From Bugula neritina (Eukaryota; Animalia; Bryozoa), in assembly GCA_964035545.1 (NCBI GenBank), contig OZ037767.1, forward strand, positions 27,110,628-27,174,627: a DNA stretch of 64,000 nucleotides, written 5' to 3'. Shown piece by piece: positions 38,401 to 52,900 of this stretch. Position numbers and translations under genes: made by a program. The notes below the pieces were generated by a model that was not told where the DNA came from, made no database searches, and was given only the letters and a program-made list of their open reading frames with translations. Every line of letters starts with the position of its first letter. Position 1 is the stretch's first letter.

Positions 38401-39025
38401 ATTGTGCATTTAAGCCACCTTGTACATACTTTAAATAATATTTTATTTTAAATAATCCTATAGAGTTCTGACTTCTTTTTATTTTTGGTTCATTTTTACT
38501 TCTTAAGGCCAGTATTTACACTGAATTTCGCAACATGTTTTCATGTCTGTAATAACCAATAAATCAATCAATCAATACAAGTTATCATTTTTGTACGCAT
38601 TGTTTAATTCCTGTAAAAAAACGTTTGCCCCCACTGGGATTCGAACCACAGACATCGGGTTTGCAAGCTAGCGTGCTAACCATTGCATCACAGAAGTTAC
38701 TGAGTAATCCAAGCACTGCAGTTCCGTATTGACAGATTGCAACCCATTGTTAGAAATGATTTAATGATAACCCTCGAATATTTATTTTCCAGACAATGGA
38801 AAATGGATCAAGTTTACAAGGAAAGATAACTCAATAATGGTTGGCCCAACAGAAGATTACTCAAGTTGCCCAAGTCAGTTAAGTTGCCTGGGTCTTTGTA
38901 TTTCTAAAGGATGTCGCTACGCCAACTTTGATCGGAAAAGAAAGATGTGTGAGCTAGGAATGGGCACGACCACATGTAGGCCTTTATACTATAAAGAGGG
39001 TACTACAAATTATTATCTAGAATAA
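35467..39025 (+). CDS. Secreted protein: signal peptide, pentraxin/LamG-like domain, Thr-rich mucin-like stalk, C-terminal PAN/apple-like domain, ~429 aa
   Basis: Exons: 35467-35515 (MKLLLYILLALGLHFTG, GC donor), 35950-36123 (EVSICFWWR), 36607-36779 (GEWVYYCFAV), 37260-37410, 37801-38310 (GSVQCLNIWKTTLS, then TTTPT repeats), 38793-39025 (SCPSQLSCLGLCISKGCRYANFDRKRKMCEL, a PAN-type Cys pattern). Phases are consistent. Confidence 0.7.
36985..37196 (-). mobile_element. tRNA-derived SINE copy
   Basis: Minus-strand B box GGGTTCGAATCTC; shares aacccctgat...aggctaagaacttatt with the copies at 40881 and 41728. Confidence 0.75.
37555..37715. mobile_element. Small MITE-like element with ~23-bp imperfect TIRs
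   Basis: taggtgcagtaatggagaaattg ... caatttctccactagtgcaccta (2 mismatches); no clear TSD. Confidence 0.55.
38626..38697 (-). pseudogene. tRNA-like element (Cys-GCA-like pseudo-tRNA or SINE head)
   Basis: Minus strand: CTTCTGTGATGCAATGGTTAGCACGCTAGCTTGCAAACCCGATGTCTGTGGTTCGAATCCCAGTGGGGGCA, then a T-run. The B box is perfect but the anticodon stem does not pair. Confidence 0.6.
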
Positions 39026-39956
39026 ATCTTTTAAGTCGTTTGCTTCTGGTTTTCAGCAAGAATAATGTAAATTTTGTAGTTTGTAACTGTTTAAATACTA
39101 GAAAAATTTGTAATTTTGTCATATGAGTTACTGAAAATTTGTCTTTTTAAATTTCCTTGCTAATTGCCCAAAATTGCAAAATAAATATTTCTGCCATTTG
39201 AGATGTAGCATTAAATTAGTGAGTTCAAAAGTTTATTGTAAAAGGCTGTAAATTATAAAATATTCAAACTACAGTTGATCTAAATGAAAATATAATGTTA
39301 ACATAGCAGTTAAAAAAGCTTTGACTACATAAAATTAAAGCTTGCAATAACTAATGTATGGCCTTATAAATAGTTAAAAATTGTGTTAATTTTTTTCACT
39401 TGGTGTCAGCAGACTAATTTACTTCTTGGAAGGTGAGTAAGTTGAAAGAATTTTTAATTTATGCAAAGTTGATAAGCCACAGTGTTTGTGCAGCATCATA
39501 TCTTTTAATATATGTGATATTTTCTCGTGCATCATGATTTTGTATATTCTATGTTATATGTGACACAATTTTATTTATATTAGTACTTTATAATTACTAG
39601 TTTCCCTGTGAGACTTTTTTTTCTGCAATTAAGCAAAAAAAATGCTTGTTTTTTGTGTTTACATGTATCTCCAAGTATTTGAAAACAATAAAAATTAAAA
39701 ACGTTTTGTAAAAACATTAGAATTAAAAATTATCAACAGTTACAAAGCAAGTATTATTCAAATTAGTCTAATGACAAGTCAACTAACTATATAAATAAAT
39801 AGGAGCACAAAATCCCATTTGGAATATGAGATTTATAGCATTATTAGTCAAGTAACAAAGATTCATTTCAATCTAAATTATTTCAATAGAGCTGCAATAG
39901 TGACTGTGCTATATTGGCTTTCAACAGAAGAGTTCCAAGCCAATGTAAATTATAAA

Positions 39957-40152
<196 letters not shown>

Positions 40153-40880
40153 CCATGCCTTCCTTGCCTTTTTCATGTTTGCTTTTGCTTTTGTTAAATT
40201 AGCTAAGGTTGACATTCTATAATAATAGATAATACAAGTTGTAAATGAAGGAGTTGTGTTTTCTTTGTAAAATCACTTGATTAGATAGTTGCTTTTCTAT
40301 TAAAAATTTTAGAACCTTTTCTTCAAATCATTGAAATTTATAAAAAAAGTCATGATACTTCAAAATTTAAAATACTACACTTGCTAGCTAACATCTTACT
40401 AATAAAACATAAAAAATTTCACAGCTTTTAAGTGTAAACAATTACTGATAATTGAAGTAATTTTCCAACTATCTTCATTTTAGATATACAGCTTTTCTGT
40501 TTTAAAATGCTTTTACTCTTGATATTTATGTATTCGGGAACTATTGTGTTTCACTTGAATAAAATGTGAAAACATTTTTATGTCATTCCCTCCCCTACTC
40601 TAAGTGATAACACTGATTACATATTAGGTTATTGCTGACTAATGGTTTTACACAGAGAGCTAATTATTATAACCATCATACCTGTTTAGCTGAGAGTTGG
40701 CTTACATGAATGGTATAGTTGTAGAGTAAATAGAAAAGATTAATACTAAAAGCATTATTTGTAAACGATAGTGAATATTACTTGAAGAATATAATCAATG
40801 AGGAGATAACTTTTTAGTAATAAATTCTATCAATTACAGCTTATATTTAACTGTAGAAAAGCAGTTTACAGAAAAAAATT

Positions 40881-41079
40881 TACACAAGTTTATAGTCACC
40901 ATCCCAATGAAAACCCCTGATAGAAAGGGTTTTTGTAAAGTAGGCTAAGAACTTATTCATATGTGACACAGGAGTTATTATGACTGAACTAACACTACCA
41001 ATAGCCTTTACTGGGATTTAAACCCATAACCACAGGCTTACTAAAGCAGCTCTCTAACCCCTAAACCATGGCTGCTCTA
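40881..41079 (-). mobile_element. tRNA-derived SINE with ~27-bp target-site duplication
   Basis: Flanked by tagaaaagcagttt(a/g)cagaaa(a/g)aaatt at 40854-40880 and 41080-41106; A/B-box head at the right end. Confidence 0.85.
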
Positions 41080-41727
41080 TAGAAAAGCAGTTTGCAGAAA
41101 GAAATTAAATCCAGTGATAAAAGCATATCAGGTTAAATTCTACAATCCCAAGATTGTTTCAACAGACTTGAAAGATGAGAAGCAGTATGATAGAGTTTTT
41201 GTATTGCTGGGCAAATTGAGTAATTAAAACATCTCTAATCTGTATGCAAACATGGCATTTAGATTAATTACTATGATTGCTACATTCGGCATAATATTTC
41301 AATTATATTTATAAAAGTTTTATCATTCATAATAATTAATGAACAACTAGTGTGCCTTTTCCTTGCATTCTATTTATACACTGCGAGGAAATGTGGCCAT
41401 GATGACTGCAGCCATTTAATAATAACAGTCATGTTTAGGCTAGATAAAACAGACACACTAAGTTTTAGTACCAGGTTCAAGTTACTCCTAGAAATGTGAC
41501 TCAACTGAGGCCTGTTACATGTTCAAACATGAGACTGCTACACAGTTTTGTTTAAATATACCAAAAATATTTGCAAATATTATTTTTAATGTGTTCTAAT
41601 TATTTAATTCTGACTAAGATGGAATGCCGTTATCATACCCAGCTACATCCTATATATGCTAATATTTTTATACATCAGTAATAATTACATAATAATATTT
41701 ACATTGCTATTAATATGATCCTAATAA

Positions 41728-41947
41728 AACTCACTCACACAAATTTATAGTCACTATCCCTAAAAAAAACCCTGATAGAAAGGGTTTTTGTTAGAACGGG
41801 CTAAGAACTTTGTTTAAATCCGCTAACGACTTATTCAGATGGGGCACAGGAGCAATTATGACTGAATGCTCTTCCTAACATCACCAATAGCCTTTGTCTG
41901 GGCTTGAACCCATGACATGCTTTAACCCCTAGACCACGGCTGCTCCC
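41728..41947 (-). mobile_element. tRNA-derived SINE with perfect 18-bp target-site duplication
   Basis: ttaatatgatcctaataa at 41710-41727 and 41948-41965; head GGGAGCAGCCGTGGTCTAGGGGTTAAAGC...GGTTCAAGCCC. Confidence 0.88.
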
Positions 41948-43970
41948 TTAATATGATCCTAATAACTCTCTCTCTCAAAGATTTTTTTATTCCAAAAAGC
42001 TATTGCCATCAGTTGATCAGTTAAGAAAAGTTCAATAAATAATAATTATATTCTAATAAAAAAACTAAACATTGGCTCACTTTATCAGGGGCATGCTTTA
42101 CTTTACCAATTTGTATAATTTCATAAAGATTTATATATTGATCTGATTTATAAATTTCTCAAGTCAAATTTTATAACAGTTCCTACAGGAAGTTCAGTTC
42201 TTTCTTATAAATATTGTTTATAGCTAGGTTTCAAAATAAATTATTGATACAAAACTTTTAGACATTTAATTTTAGCTGTTTTATTTAGTATTTGTATTGT
42301 TAAAGGTGCCTGTTAAATAAAGCAAATAATGCACATTAATAGGCAAACAAAAATAGATCCCAGGGTCAAGAACTAACTACATATTTACAGCCTGAAGAGG
42401 ATATGCATTAAAATCTATAATTGAGCAGGTTTCCTGATAAAGTAATAAATTTAGATTTTACAGCCCAATATCTTCATTATATTAGCATGATTTCTCCAAC
42501 ATTTCTCCCACCACCTTCTGGCTGTTCACTAAGCAGCCATAAAGTTACAACCTGTATCCTGAAATTGTACTCCTAATCTAAAGATACAGTATAATAGCTT
42601 CACTGCTAATTGTGAACCAGATAAGAATAATTAGGTTTACCTGATCTATAAAATAGACGTATCTGGTTGAAAGAGGTTTCACAGTCCACAGTCATTCAAG
42701 TGGTTAATTGCCCACAGTACATGCAATATCCTGCACTGCTTTTGCCTAGAGCTATACTTCTATTAGTTCTTGAGATTTATAGACAAATTGCTTTCACCAT
42801 GCAGTTTTTTTAGATCTGCACCACTACGTATATGCATTCTATTTACAATGGTTGTTACACTCTTTTTGGGGCTTGGCTTAAAAATTATATGCTGTTACAA
42901 AACATCATTGTGGTAGCATTTTTCTGCTTTGCTCTGCATTTAAATTAGTATGTGTGTTGTAATATGATGCTAAACTAAAAAAAAATTATTGGCTCTTACC
43001 AGAAAGTGTATGGCATGTATCAGCATAATAAAATAAAATATAATAATCAAACTGTATTATCTTGCCATTTTTTTTCTTAGCTCATATAAATTATAAGACA
43101 CCTTTAAAATTTCTGTCAAGTTCGGCAAATGCAAACCAAATTTGCTATAAAATCTAAAACAAATACCAAGTTTACTAGTTTTTTTAAAATCTCAAGTAGA
43201 AAAAATTTACAGTTATTCTATGTTTTACTTTCAGCATTTCTACTAGTGTTTCTTACTTGTTATATTCAGCTGTAGTAATAGAATATTTATAACTTGATTA
43301 TTTAATTTATATTTTATAAAATTTAAACAAATTCAAAGTTTTAGCTTGAGGTTCACAGACTGCTTCCTGGCCTCTGGTGCTCAGTCTATAGAGAGACAAC
43401 ATGAGTCAGGTACAGTTGGGCAGGATACAAATATTTTTATAGCTCTAGTTCTTTTGCATGCTCTGGTATGACTGTCGTTTGATGATGTGGTTTTATAGCC
43501 CAGCAAATAAAATACCCACCATTGATGTAAGATGTTTTTACAGTTCATTGTCATAAAAGTGAGGCTTTCCAGGCTTGAGTCAAGACACGTAGTAGAAAGA
43601 GTGACCACACTGCTAAGAAAATGTAAACAATGAGTTTGTATTGGTCTACTTCACACACTATATGCTATAACACTACGTACACTGAATACTATACAGCGTG
43701 TATAGCCTAGAATCTTCACACCAACACAGCCAGTCTGTATATTCATTAATGAATATTTAGTGGGCGGTTCTCTGATGAAGTGTTTGCAGGCTTGGGAAGT
43801 CAAGCTATTCTAAGCAATTATGAAGCTGTAGAGTAGTACTGTGAGATACTATTTTACTCTCCTATTTCTTGTGGAAGATGATAAATTAGCTGCTATCTTG
43901 CTGTGACCATTTTTCTGTTTGAAACACCAAGAGTTGGCCATCACTATCACATACTGGCTGTGCTGTGACA

Positions 43971-46900
43971 ATGCTGCTTCGGTTCGTGCTGTCACTGTCG
44001 CTGCTTCTGCTCGTCATATTTCCTGCTCAATCAAACACACTTGGAAATGTAAGTATTATTCATTTTTGTTTATATTTAGATAGTCAAGTGCTGTGTTGTT
44101 GTTATTGTACATGTTTTAGTAAAAATTATATTAAATTTATAAACATAATTGAAAGTTCATAAGCTATGTTTAATATCTGTTACAGTAACAGACTGTCCAT
44201 GTTTTTGAATGCATAACATTTTTATGTCTAAAGTTAAATAGTAATATAATATAATATTTATTATTATAACTTAGTCAGTAATCACAAAAGGTATATGTAA
44301 AAGCAAGGCATTTTATGTAGTATCACCTAAATTTGAATGAAAAATTTCATCTGGCATGGAATGGGCTAAGTATAGATAGCAACGTGCATGTTCAGTGAAA
44401 TTACAGTATGTCCGCTTGGGGTCCGTTGCTGTAAATAACCTGCCATGTAACTCTACCTGCACTTTCCAATTGCTGTGATTAAAGCTTGTCTCATTTAAAG
44501 TAATAGCCAAGTGTCAAATTCTACCCTCTTCAAAATCTGATTGTATTTATCCCTCCTAAATTTGATCATGTTTGCATTTGACCACAAAAATTGAAAGCCT
44601 CAACACCTGAAACTTAAAATTAAGAAAATATGTACACATCATTATACTAGCTATGTTATTTCTAACCATTTGTTGTACAGACTGTTACATTGCAGTGTGT
44701 AATCTGTGTCAACATTTTATTTCAGCAGCTTTTATCTTGTGACAGCAGTAAAGTTGAGTAACTACTTGAGACGTTATAGATAGAAGAGTTTTTTAATTTA
44801 GCAGGAGTTGGTAATTTTTCGATTTGGTTTTATAGTGCCAGACACATTTATCTTTGGCCCCATTTACAGTAACTAATCCACTTACTACGAGTTTAGATCA
44901 CTTCTATTATATCAGATATCGAGTTACTAATCATACAGACATTTTTTCTTACACTCAAGATGTGTGCATATTTGCGCTTGTCTTGTTAAGTTGAATAGGA
45001 CTGTTTTTGACATGGAGAATAATGCTAAGAATTCATATGACAAGACCGGTCAAGTACCCCAAGATTATTCTATTAAAAGCAATAATTTTCACAATTCTTT
45101 AGAAAGATTGGATGAACCCCCAGGACAACAATGTAATGGCCTTTGTAATAACAATACACAGTCTACTGTTATACATGAACTCTGTGAAATCTAGACACAC
45201 CTTTGTTTCGCTGTCCTAGATTTCAAGTTAAAACAAATGTTGTATAAACTGATTGTTCATAGTATGCATACATTTATCACGGCTCATCAAAATAACAATG
45301 TGTAACTTGACTAAGTTTATTATTCAACTTTACAGCTTTCTCATTTTACAAATAACTGTTCTTTAAAAATATTTATTAGCAATATTTAGAAACAATAAGT
45401 TTACATATTGTTCTGAAAAAAACCACTTAAGGTTTTGCTATTAGCACTTCTAAAACTTGATATATGCTGCTATAGGTGAGAGTACAACAGTTGTTAAAAT
45501 GCATTATAAGTTACACTTCGATTAAAAAGATATATTATATTTCAAGTATAGTAGGCTTTCAATGTGCAATGAGTAGTTAGCAACCTTTCAAAACCCAATG
45601 ATTCCTATTTCACTCAGCTCACTATCAGATTGTGAGAAACTTAGACTTTGAGTTTACAATGAAACCAATTAGTTTCGGCATACATATCACACTTCATCAA
45701 TCTTAATTACCATAATAACAAGAAATATGGCTCTTTCTAGCAAATGAGCCCAATAGTGCACCCATGGGACGTGGGAACCTTTTCTAACATTATATTCTCA
45801 CAAACATTCTATATCCTAAGGTTTAGAACATGGTTCAAACTTTCTAGTTATAAGAGCAGGTAGCTGTAGTACAAAACATGTAGTTTTCCGCTAAGCCCAA
45901 GACTAATGTTAGTCTATATAAGCCACTTTAAGAGCTGAATTACTCTTATCATGGCTTAATTATCAATGTTTATTACATAACAATTAGTTTACTACTATTT
46001 GCATGCAAGCAATACGTATAAAAATAAGCACAACCCATTGATTAATATGCAATAAAAGACCCCAGTATAGAAAGCTAGGCGCAGTAAAACATTTCTACTC
46101 CTTTTATTTTATACAGAGACAATTTTCCAGATAAGAATATGTTAAATCTTTCGTTCTCTCGTAAAGGATCATGCAAACTTTATGAGTCACAGAGTAGAGA
46201 TAAGAAGAGTGTATTTGGCTACCACTTGTATAGCAAAACTACTATGACAAATTTTTGGTCTTCCCTTGATAATTATCTTCATAATCCTAGATGTGGTTTC
46301 ATATGCCTGCTTGTATTTACTTGTACTAGCAGTATTATTGGATTGACATTTGCATCTTCAAGTGCTTAGTGTATTATAGTTGCCGCAGTGTATCTTAACA
46401 GTATCTCTTTCCATTATTTGATAAATAAAGTTTAAGATAAATATTAGCACTGCATATGAGCTGTTGACTACTAAGGAATGAAGGGCCTGGGTAAAAAAGA
46501 CTAACTTGAAAAAAGGATGTCAAACTCTCATTTCTTAATGATAACCTTTAACCTTTTCCAGTTCTTCATGATAACCTTTAACCTTTATAGTGAACATGAG
46601 AAGCACTATAAATTCCAAGGATTTTATGGCTCACGTGACTAATTAATTTTCTTGAATTGTATATTTCAATAATAACACAGGGCTTGCTGATTGCAAAGAA
46701 AGCTAAGCTTTGTTTCTGATTTCCCATAATGCTGATTATCTCAACGCTAGTCATGTGTTGAGTTTGTTGAGTAATTATTATTCTTGTTAATGATCTCATC
46801 TCAGATAAGTTGATGATTGTTTACAAACTTTGCTGTTAGGTATAATTATTAAATTAACTAGTAATTGTAGTTCAAGTGTGCATTTCCCTCATGTGCCTAT

Positions 46901-49900
46901 CATGCTGCTGGTATATAATGATTTTACACTGAGCTACGCTTCACCTTTGCTTTAAGGTCTAATGTACATTCACATTGATTTAAGCTTTACCTTTGCTGTA
47001 CACTGGCAACAAAGCAAATATTTGTAACGATGAAAATCCACAAAGCAATCTTCACATTGCTGTAGAATAAAGCAGCACATCCATAAAATGTCTGTATGAA
47101 GATGGCAGTTTTCTTATTATTTCATTTGTCAATAATAGAACAGAACCAAAAACTTGACAATAATTAGTGCGTTGCTGCTTTTTCACTCAGCATAATCATA
47201 TGAACTTTCCTACTTGCTGCATGGTAACTATAAAATTATGCAAAAAACTTTGAATTTATGTTTAAAAATTATATTTACATACTTATACTTTTAATATAAG
47301 ATTGGTGACACAATGGTGTGTCTATATATATTTAAAATTATATTATGTGATTTTTATAGACGTAGCCTAATTTTTGGAGAAATTTTTAACTTGGTTTCAT
47401 CAGCTCTACTGCATAATCAAACTTGTCAAGTTTTGGATTGTGTTACAACTATCTGCCGGTAACTTTGCAAGAAATTTCATTTGTATGTGAAAACGTATCT
47501 CCACTATTATAAACAGTTGGGAGAGTTTGTATATAAACACACTATAGTCTTAATAGCCGGCCATATAACTATGTCACCTGCTTGACTACCATTAACACCT
47601 CGTCTGTTACATTTATCTTCCGCTAGACCAAATATTTCAAATATTTTAGGAAATATATTTAAGCCTTCGGGAGTGAGATCTTTTAGCATGAAATCATAAG
47701 TTAGACAGTTGCCGGATTTAGAATAAACAGCCTTGTATATTAGTCATGCAGATGTGTAACAGCAGCCAAACCTTAGCATCTTAACATTCTATCAGATGTT
47801 GTGTCTTAATATGCAATTTATGACATTTAATAATCTGACCTAGACATTTTCTACACCTGTTGGGTGAGCAAAAGTTAAAGAAGGGGAGAATTGGCTAACA
47901 GCTTATATATCTAGTATAAAATCTTCATACTAATTACCTCATTGTGAACAAAAAAAGATATTTCATAAATATTGTATACTTTCTGTATTTCATTGTAAAA
48001 AAAAATGCCATCATTTTCTTACCTTATACAATAACGAAAGGTTTTTACAAAAGTCTGTGCTTTGCTAATTTGTTATTTTTTCCAGTTTTTTAGTCTGTAA
48101 TAAAGCTATTAAATAGAAAGCATAAAAAACATATCTTTAGCTGCTTTGAGTTGCAATTCAACAGTTAAGCTATATTTCAAAAGTTTACAGCATCTGATGT
48201 AAAATATTGAGTATTAACTCAGCAACACAGTTGCAGTAACCTTTGCTGGTATTTTGTCTTTTTTCTATGTGTGATTATATTATTTTACATGTTAATTAGG
48301 CTTCGGATATGCCTCTTCTTTTGTAGGATTTTGTATACGAGAGAGATGATGATGGATATAACAGAGAGAAAAGAGATGTTAATGATATACAGTCATCTGG
48401 AGATGAAGAGATAGTGCTTCACGACAGTGAAAACGTTGCTCTAAAATCTAGTATGACAGATAAAAGTGGTAAGAGTGTTTGGGTACACCAAATTTTTCTG
48501 AAAATTATTAGTTTATGTGACATTGAGCAGCTGTGAAACAGCTGTGGTTGGCTGGTAGAAACAATAATCTAAGATAACTCAGTGTGCTGAGATAAATCAG
48601 TCCTTTTCAAGGGTCACTGGTGGTGTTAGAAAGAGCATTTAGTCAAAGTTTGTTCCTGTGTTGAACTTAGTAAAGTTTTCAAGCCATTTTGTGGAAAAAA
48701 TGATTTGAAATAGAGTTTATAGCCTATCTACAAATATTGACCACTTTTTTAAAAATTGTGAGTATAAATTAACGATGGTGGCAATGTTAAGTTGAAGTTT
48801 AAAGCCCATTTCCATGATGTGGTCAGTTTACAATCCCTCCATCACACACACAGTAGGCAAAGTCTTGGAAAAATTGACTTTCAATTTTAATAACTAAAAA
48901 AGGTTACTGTAAAAATGATTAACCCTTCATAAAAAACACTTTTACATAGAAAAACTGTGGCTGAAGACACTTTCCATAATTTGGAGTTATTCCCTCTATA
49001 TTTACCACATGAATGCCCTGCTCTACCACCTATATTCCAGTTGGTTATTTCTTTATTAGACACATTATCATGATTCTTACTTACAGAAAAGGCTAATGAT
49101 ACCAAATTGGTGAGTCCACCTGCATTGAGCTCTAAAAGTGATTATGTGAACATGAAAGATGTAGATCTTGAAGAGGATGAGGGTTTACTGCAAGAATTCG
49201 GATCAGGCATGGAAACTACAACATTCGTTTTTGATTGGAGCTCATCACCAGTCTATGAGACTTCTTCAATTGACCTAGTTGCTTTTACTCCACCCCTTCC
49301 TCCATCTACAAATCAACCATCAACTGCTGACCCGAACACTCTACCTACCCTAGCACCACCTCCAACGGCACCGGCAGCTAGTATGTATCTGACTCATTTC
49401 TTAGTATTCTCGTCTTCTTTCATTCTTAGCTATATTAATGATTAGTCTATGATGTTATAAAAATTCTGAAACATCACAACCTTCAAGAAAGGTTTTTAGT
49501 AATTAGGAATTATTCAAGTCTATATAAAGTTGATTAATGAATTTTAGAATGCATGGCACTAAATCAAAATTAATTGTAAGATATCCTAATAAAGTCGAAC
49601 TTCATTTATGAAGCTTTCTATTATGCTTATATTATATGTAATATTGTTATATTGCTAGGTTTCTTCAGGGTGACAATGAATGTTACCTCAGAGCCCTGTA
49701 CGTCTGCGCTGACCACCAGAGGTTCTCCAGAATTCAATGACTTCCAGACGCGATGGTCTGATGTGATTACATCTCTTGTTGGTGATCTCCCTGGCAGACA
49801 GGTTGTCACCGTGATCTCTCTGACGTAAGTTCATCTGTACTTACTACACCATGTCCACATTTTGAACTTCTGTACTTACTACACCATGTCCACATGTTGA

Positions 49901-52900
49901 ACTTCTGTACTTACTACATCATGTCCACATGTTGAACTTCTGTACTTACTACATCGTTTCTACATGTTGAACTTAATTGTTTTGATTGTATTGTGCCTAC
50001 ACGTTCAACTTCTGTATTGACTGCTAAAGCAAGAGATAAAACCAGAGAGGTTTAAGAGCAAGAGTAATTAGTTTATTTTGCCAATATCTATGAACACTGC
50101 AGCACCCTCTTTAGGTGCTCCAGGTTTACCTAGGCCCTACAAGAGAATGTAAAATCTGATACCTCAATAGACAAAATCTGAACAGATTGAATTAAGTATA
50201 ACTTGAGAATTAATGACTGTACCTCTAGCTTTAAATTAAATGATTCTTGATATATGACTTTATAACTCCAAGGGCTGATCTGAGCTTATTTTTAAAAAAT
50301 AGATTTAAAAACTGTTAGCCGCATCTTTGAGTCCATCGAGTTTGAATTGTTCTTTCAAGGACTGACAACTCCAGTTGTTGTCCCCAATTTTTAAATATAT
50401 GACTGCAAATCAACAAAATGTCTAAACATACTATGATTCTAAAGTATAAAATATATTTTACTTTATTGAAATTTGGTGCTTAAATTATGACCCATTGATT
50501 CTTATTTCATTCAAACAGAATATTGTTAAATAATCATTAAGTGTTCACAAAAAATAACTGAAGTTGTTCTGCATTGCCTGTTATAGCGACAGAACTATTA
50601 TACAATCTTTATTATAAATGTATATGTAACTTTGTGTTTTATCATTTACCATTGATTAGTTATATAAAATGTCTAATAATATTTGGAGTTGTGTTCTCAC
50701 GATGCTATCTCTTGTACAGGTGTGGCTCTCTGCTAGTAAACTTTGACATAGGAAGCATGGGGTTCAGCAATGGTGCGGAGATCAACACCAGATTAATGGA
50801 TGCTGTCAAACAGGGGCTGCTTGGAGAGTTTACTGTGTCACCAATAAGTTATGACTTCATGCCCCTCGGTCAGACTGGTGGTGGTAACAACCGTGGTAGG
50901 TGTATATGTGCATATGTGTGTAATGTATTATATTATATATTATATACACATATATTACATACTCTATAAGGTATATGTACACTATATTATATCATATATT
51001 GTATAAGTATATGCAGCCTCAACTAAAAGATAGGTCATGGGATGCTGTTTAATTGTCAGCAGTAGGTCATACATTAAAGTGTTGCTTGCCAACCACATAA
51101 TAAGTATATAATATTACACAAACACTCTGTAATATAGGTGAGAACTAAATGGTGTCATATATTCAAAGCTAGTATAATAATTAGTATAATATGATATTAT
51201 AACACTTTGATTATATTGTGTTATGCATTCTATTGTAACATGTAATGTTAACCCTAGCCGTTCTATAATTTGTGTATCATTATATTACATGGGCGTAGCA
51301 TATTATATATACATTGCAAGTATGTCTACAGCTACATATTCATAAAACTTAATTTAATAAAATCATATAACTTTATGCTGACAATGCTGTAGTGCGTGCT
51401 ATTACTATTATAATCATAATGATATAGTAATATGTATACTATTACTATATATAATACATAGTGTATACTATTACTATATATAATACATAGTGTATACTAT
51501 TACTATATATAATACGTAGTGCATACTATTACTATATATAATACATAGTGTATACTATTACTATATTATACTATAATGTATACATAGTTCCTACTGTTAC
51601 TATTTCTATTATAATACACTCACACTCACTACTACTATATATAATACATATTTCACACTATTACTATATATTATACATCACTCACACTATTACTATATAT
51701 GTAATACATAGTGCATACCATTACTGTATATATTATACATCACTCACGCTATTACTATATATGTAATACATAGTGCATACATATTACTGTATATATTATA
51801 GCGGTACATAGTACACAGTAATACTATATTATAATGCATATAGTTTCTACAGTTACTAGTTATATTACAATACATAGTAATGGATATTAGTTTTGCTGTA
51901 ATCTGCTGCCTCTAATGCATGCTAAATTGCTGCCAGTTGACTGGAGACAGCACTTGAAGCTCACTATGTTATTTGCTTTGTAAAAAGTCATAGCTAAATA
52001 ACAGTGACCTAAGCCAAGCTAAGATGATATGTCTGGCTATTATACAGCCTTACACACACAACCCTTGTGTCCTAAACAAACAGAGATTTTTTCCTAAATA
52101 ACACAAGCGTCAGGTTCTTTAAGTTCGCTGGTCTCTTTGTAGACGTAGTATATAAACAAACATCTGACTTAACAAACTCATTTAGCTTGATGTCCCTTGA
52201 TTACTCATTCAACAATCTCCACATTAGCTTATATTATTTTAGCTGCACGTTAGATATGCCTTGTGTGTTTGCTTTGGAGTTGAAATTTCAACAAAAACAG
52301 TGCTTGGCTACAACCTTGTCATCCTTGTTCAGTCTCATATAAGGGTAGAGGTTTTCTAGCCTTTGGTCACTGATTCTATATCTATGGTTAGTTTGGGGTT
52401 TTCACCATAGCAATTACTAATGGCCCAATTCACTTTGTATACACTTACAGTTTTACTCTAGGTCATGTTTTGAAGGAAGCCACTGGTTTTTAGTCTGTAC
52501 CCACATTTTTCTGAGAAAATATTGTTAAAGTTAACTTTGTATGTTTGCTTTCTCTATTGTAGCAGGCCTATTTCACTAAAATATTTTGAGAGAAATCATG
52601 GGGTGATTGTTATATATGTAGATAAAAGATACAAACTAATGTCTGCAAACATAACACACACTTGCTGTTAGGAATACTACGATTCTCTGTTTATAGTATA
52701 CCTGATTTAATAATTACCAAAATCTAACAATAGCTTACTGATACTCTACAGATGTGCTGTGAGAACAACTACACAATTACCGAGATGATTTCGTTACTTA
52801 ATTAACACTGAAGCAAAGCTAATTCACTTATCTCAGTAACTAAAAGCTTTTCCTACTACTTTTATCAATGAAATTATTTTCAGGGCCAAACATCAACCTG

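Noticed and set aside
38626-38697. Functional tRNA-Cys gene
   Set aside because: The anticodon stem cannot pair and the acceptor stem is mostly G-U or mismatched.
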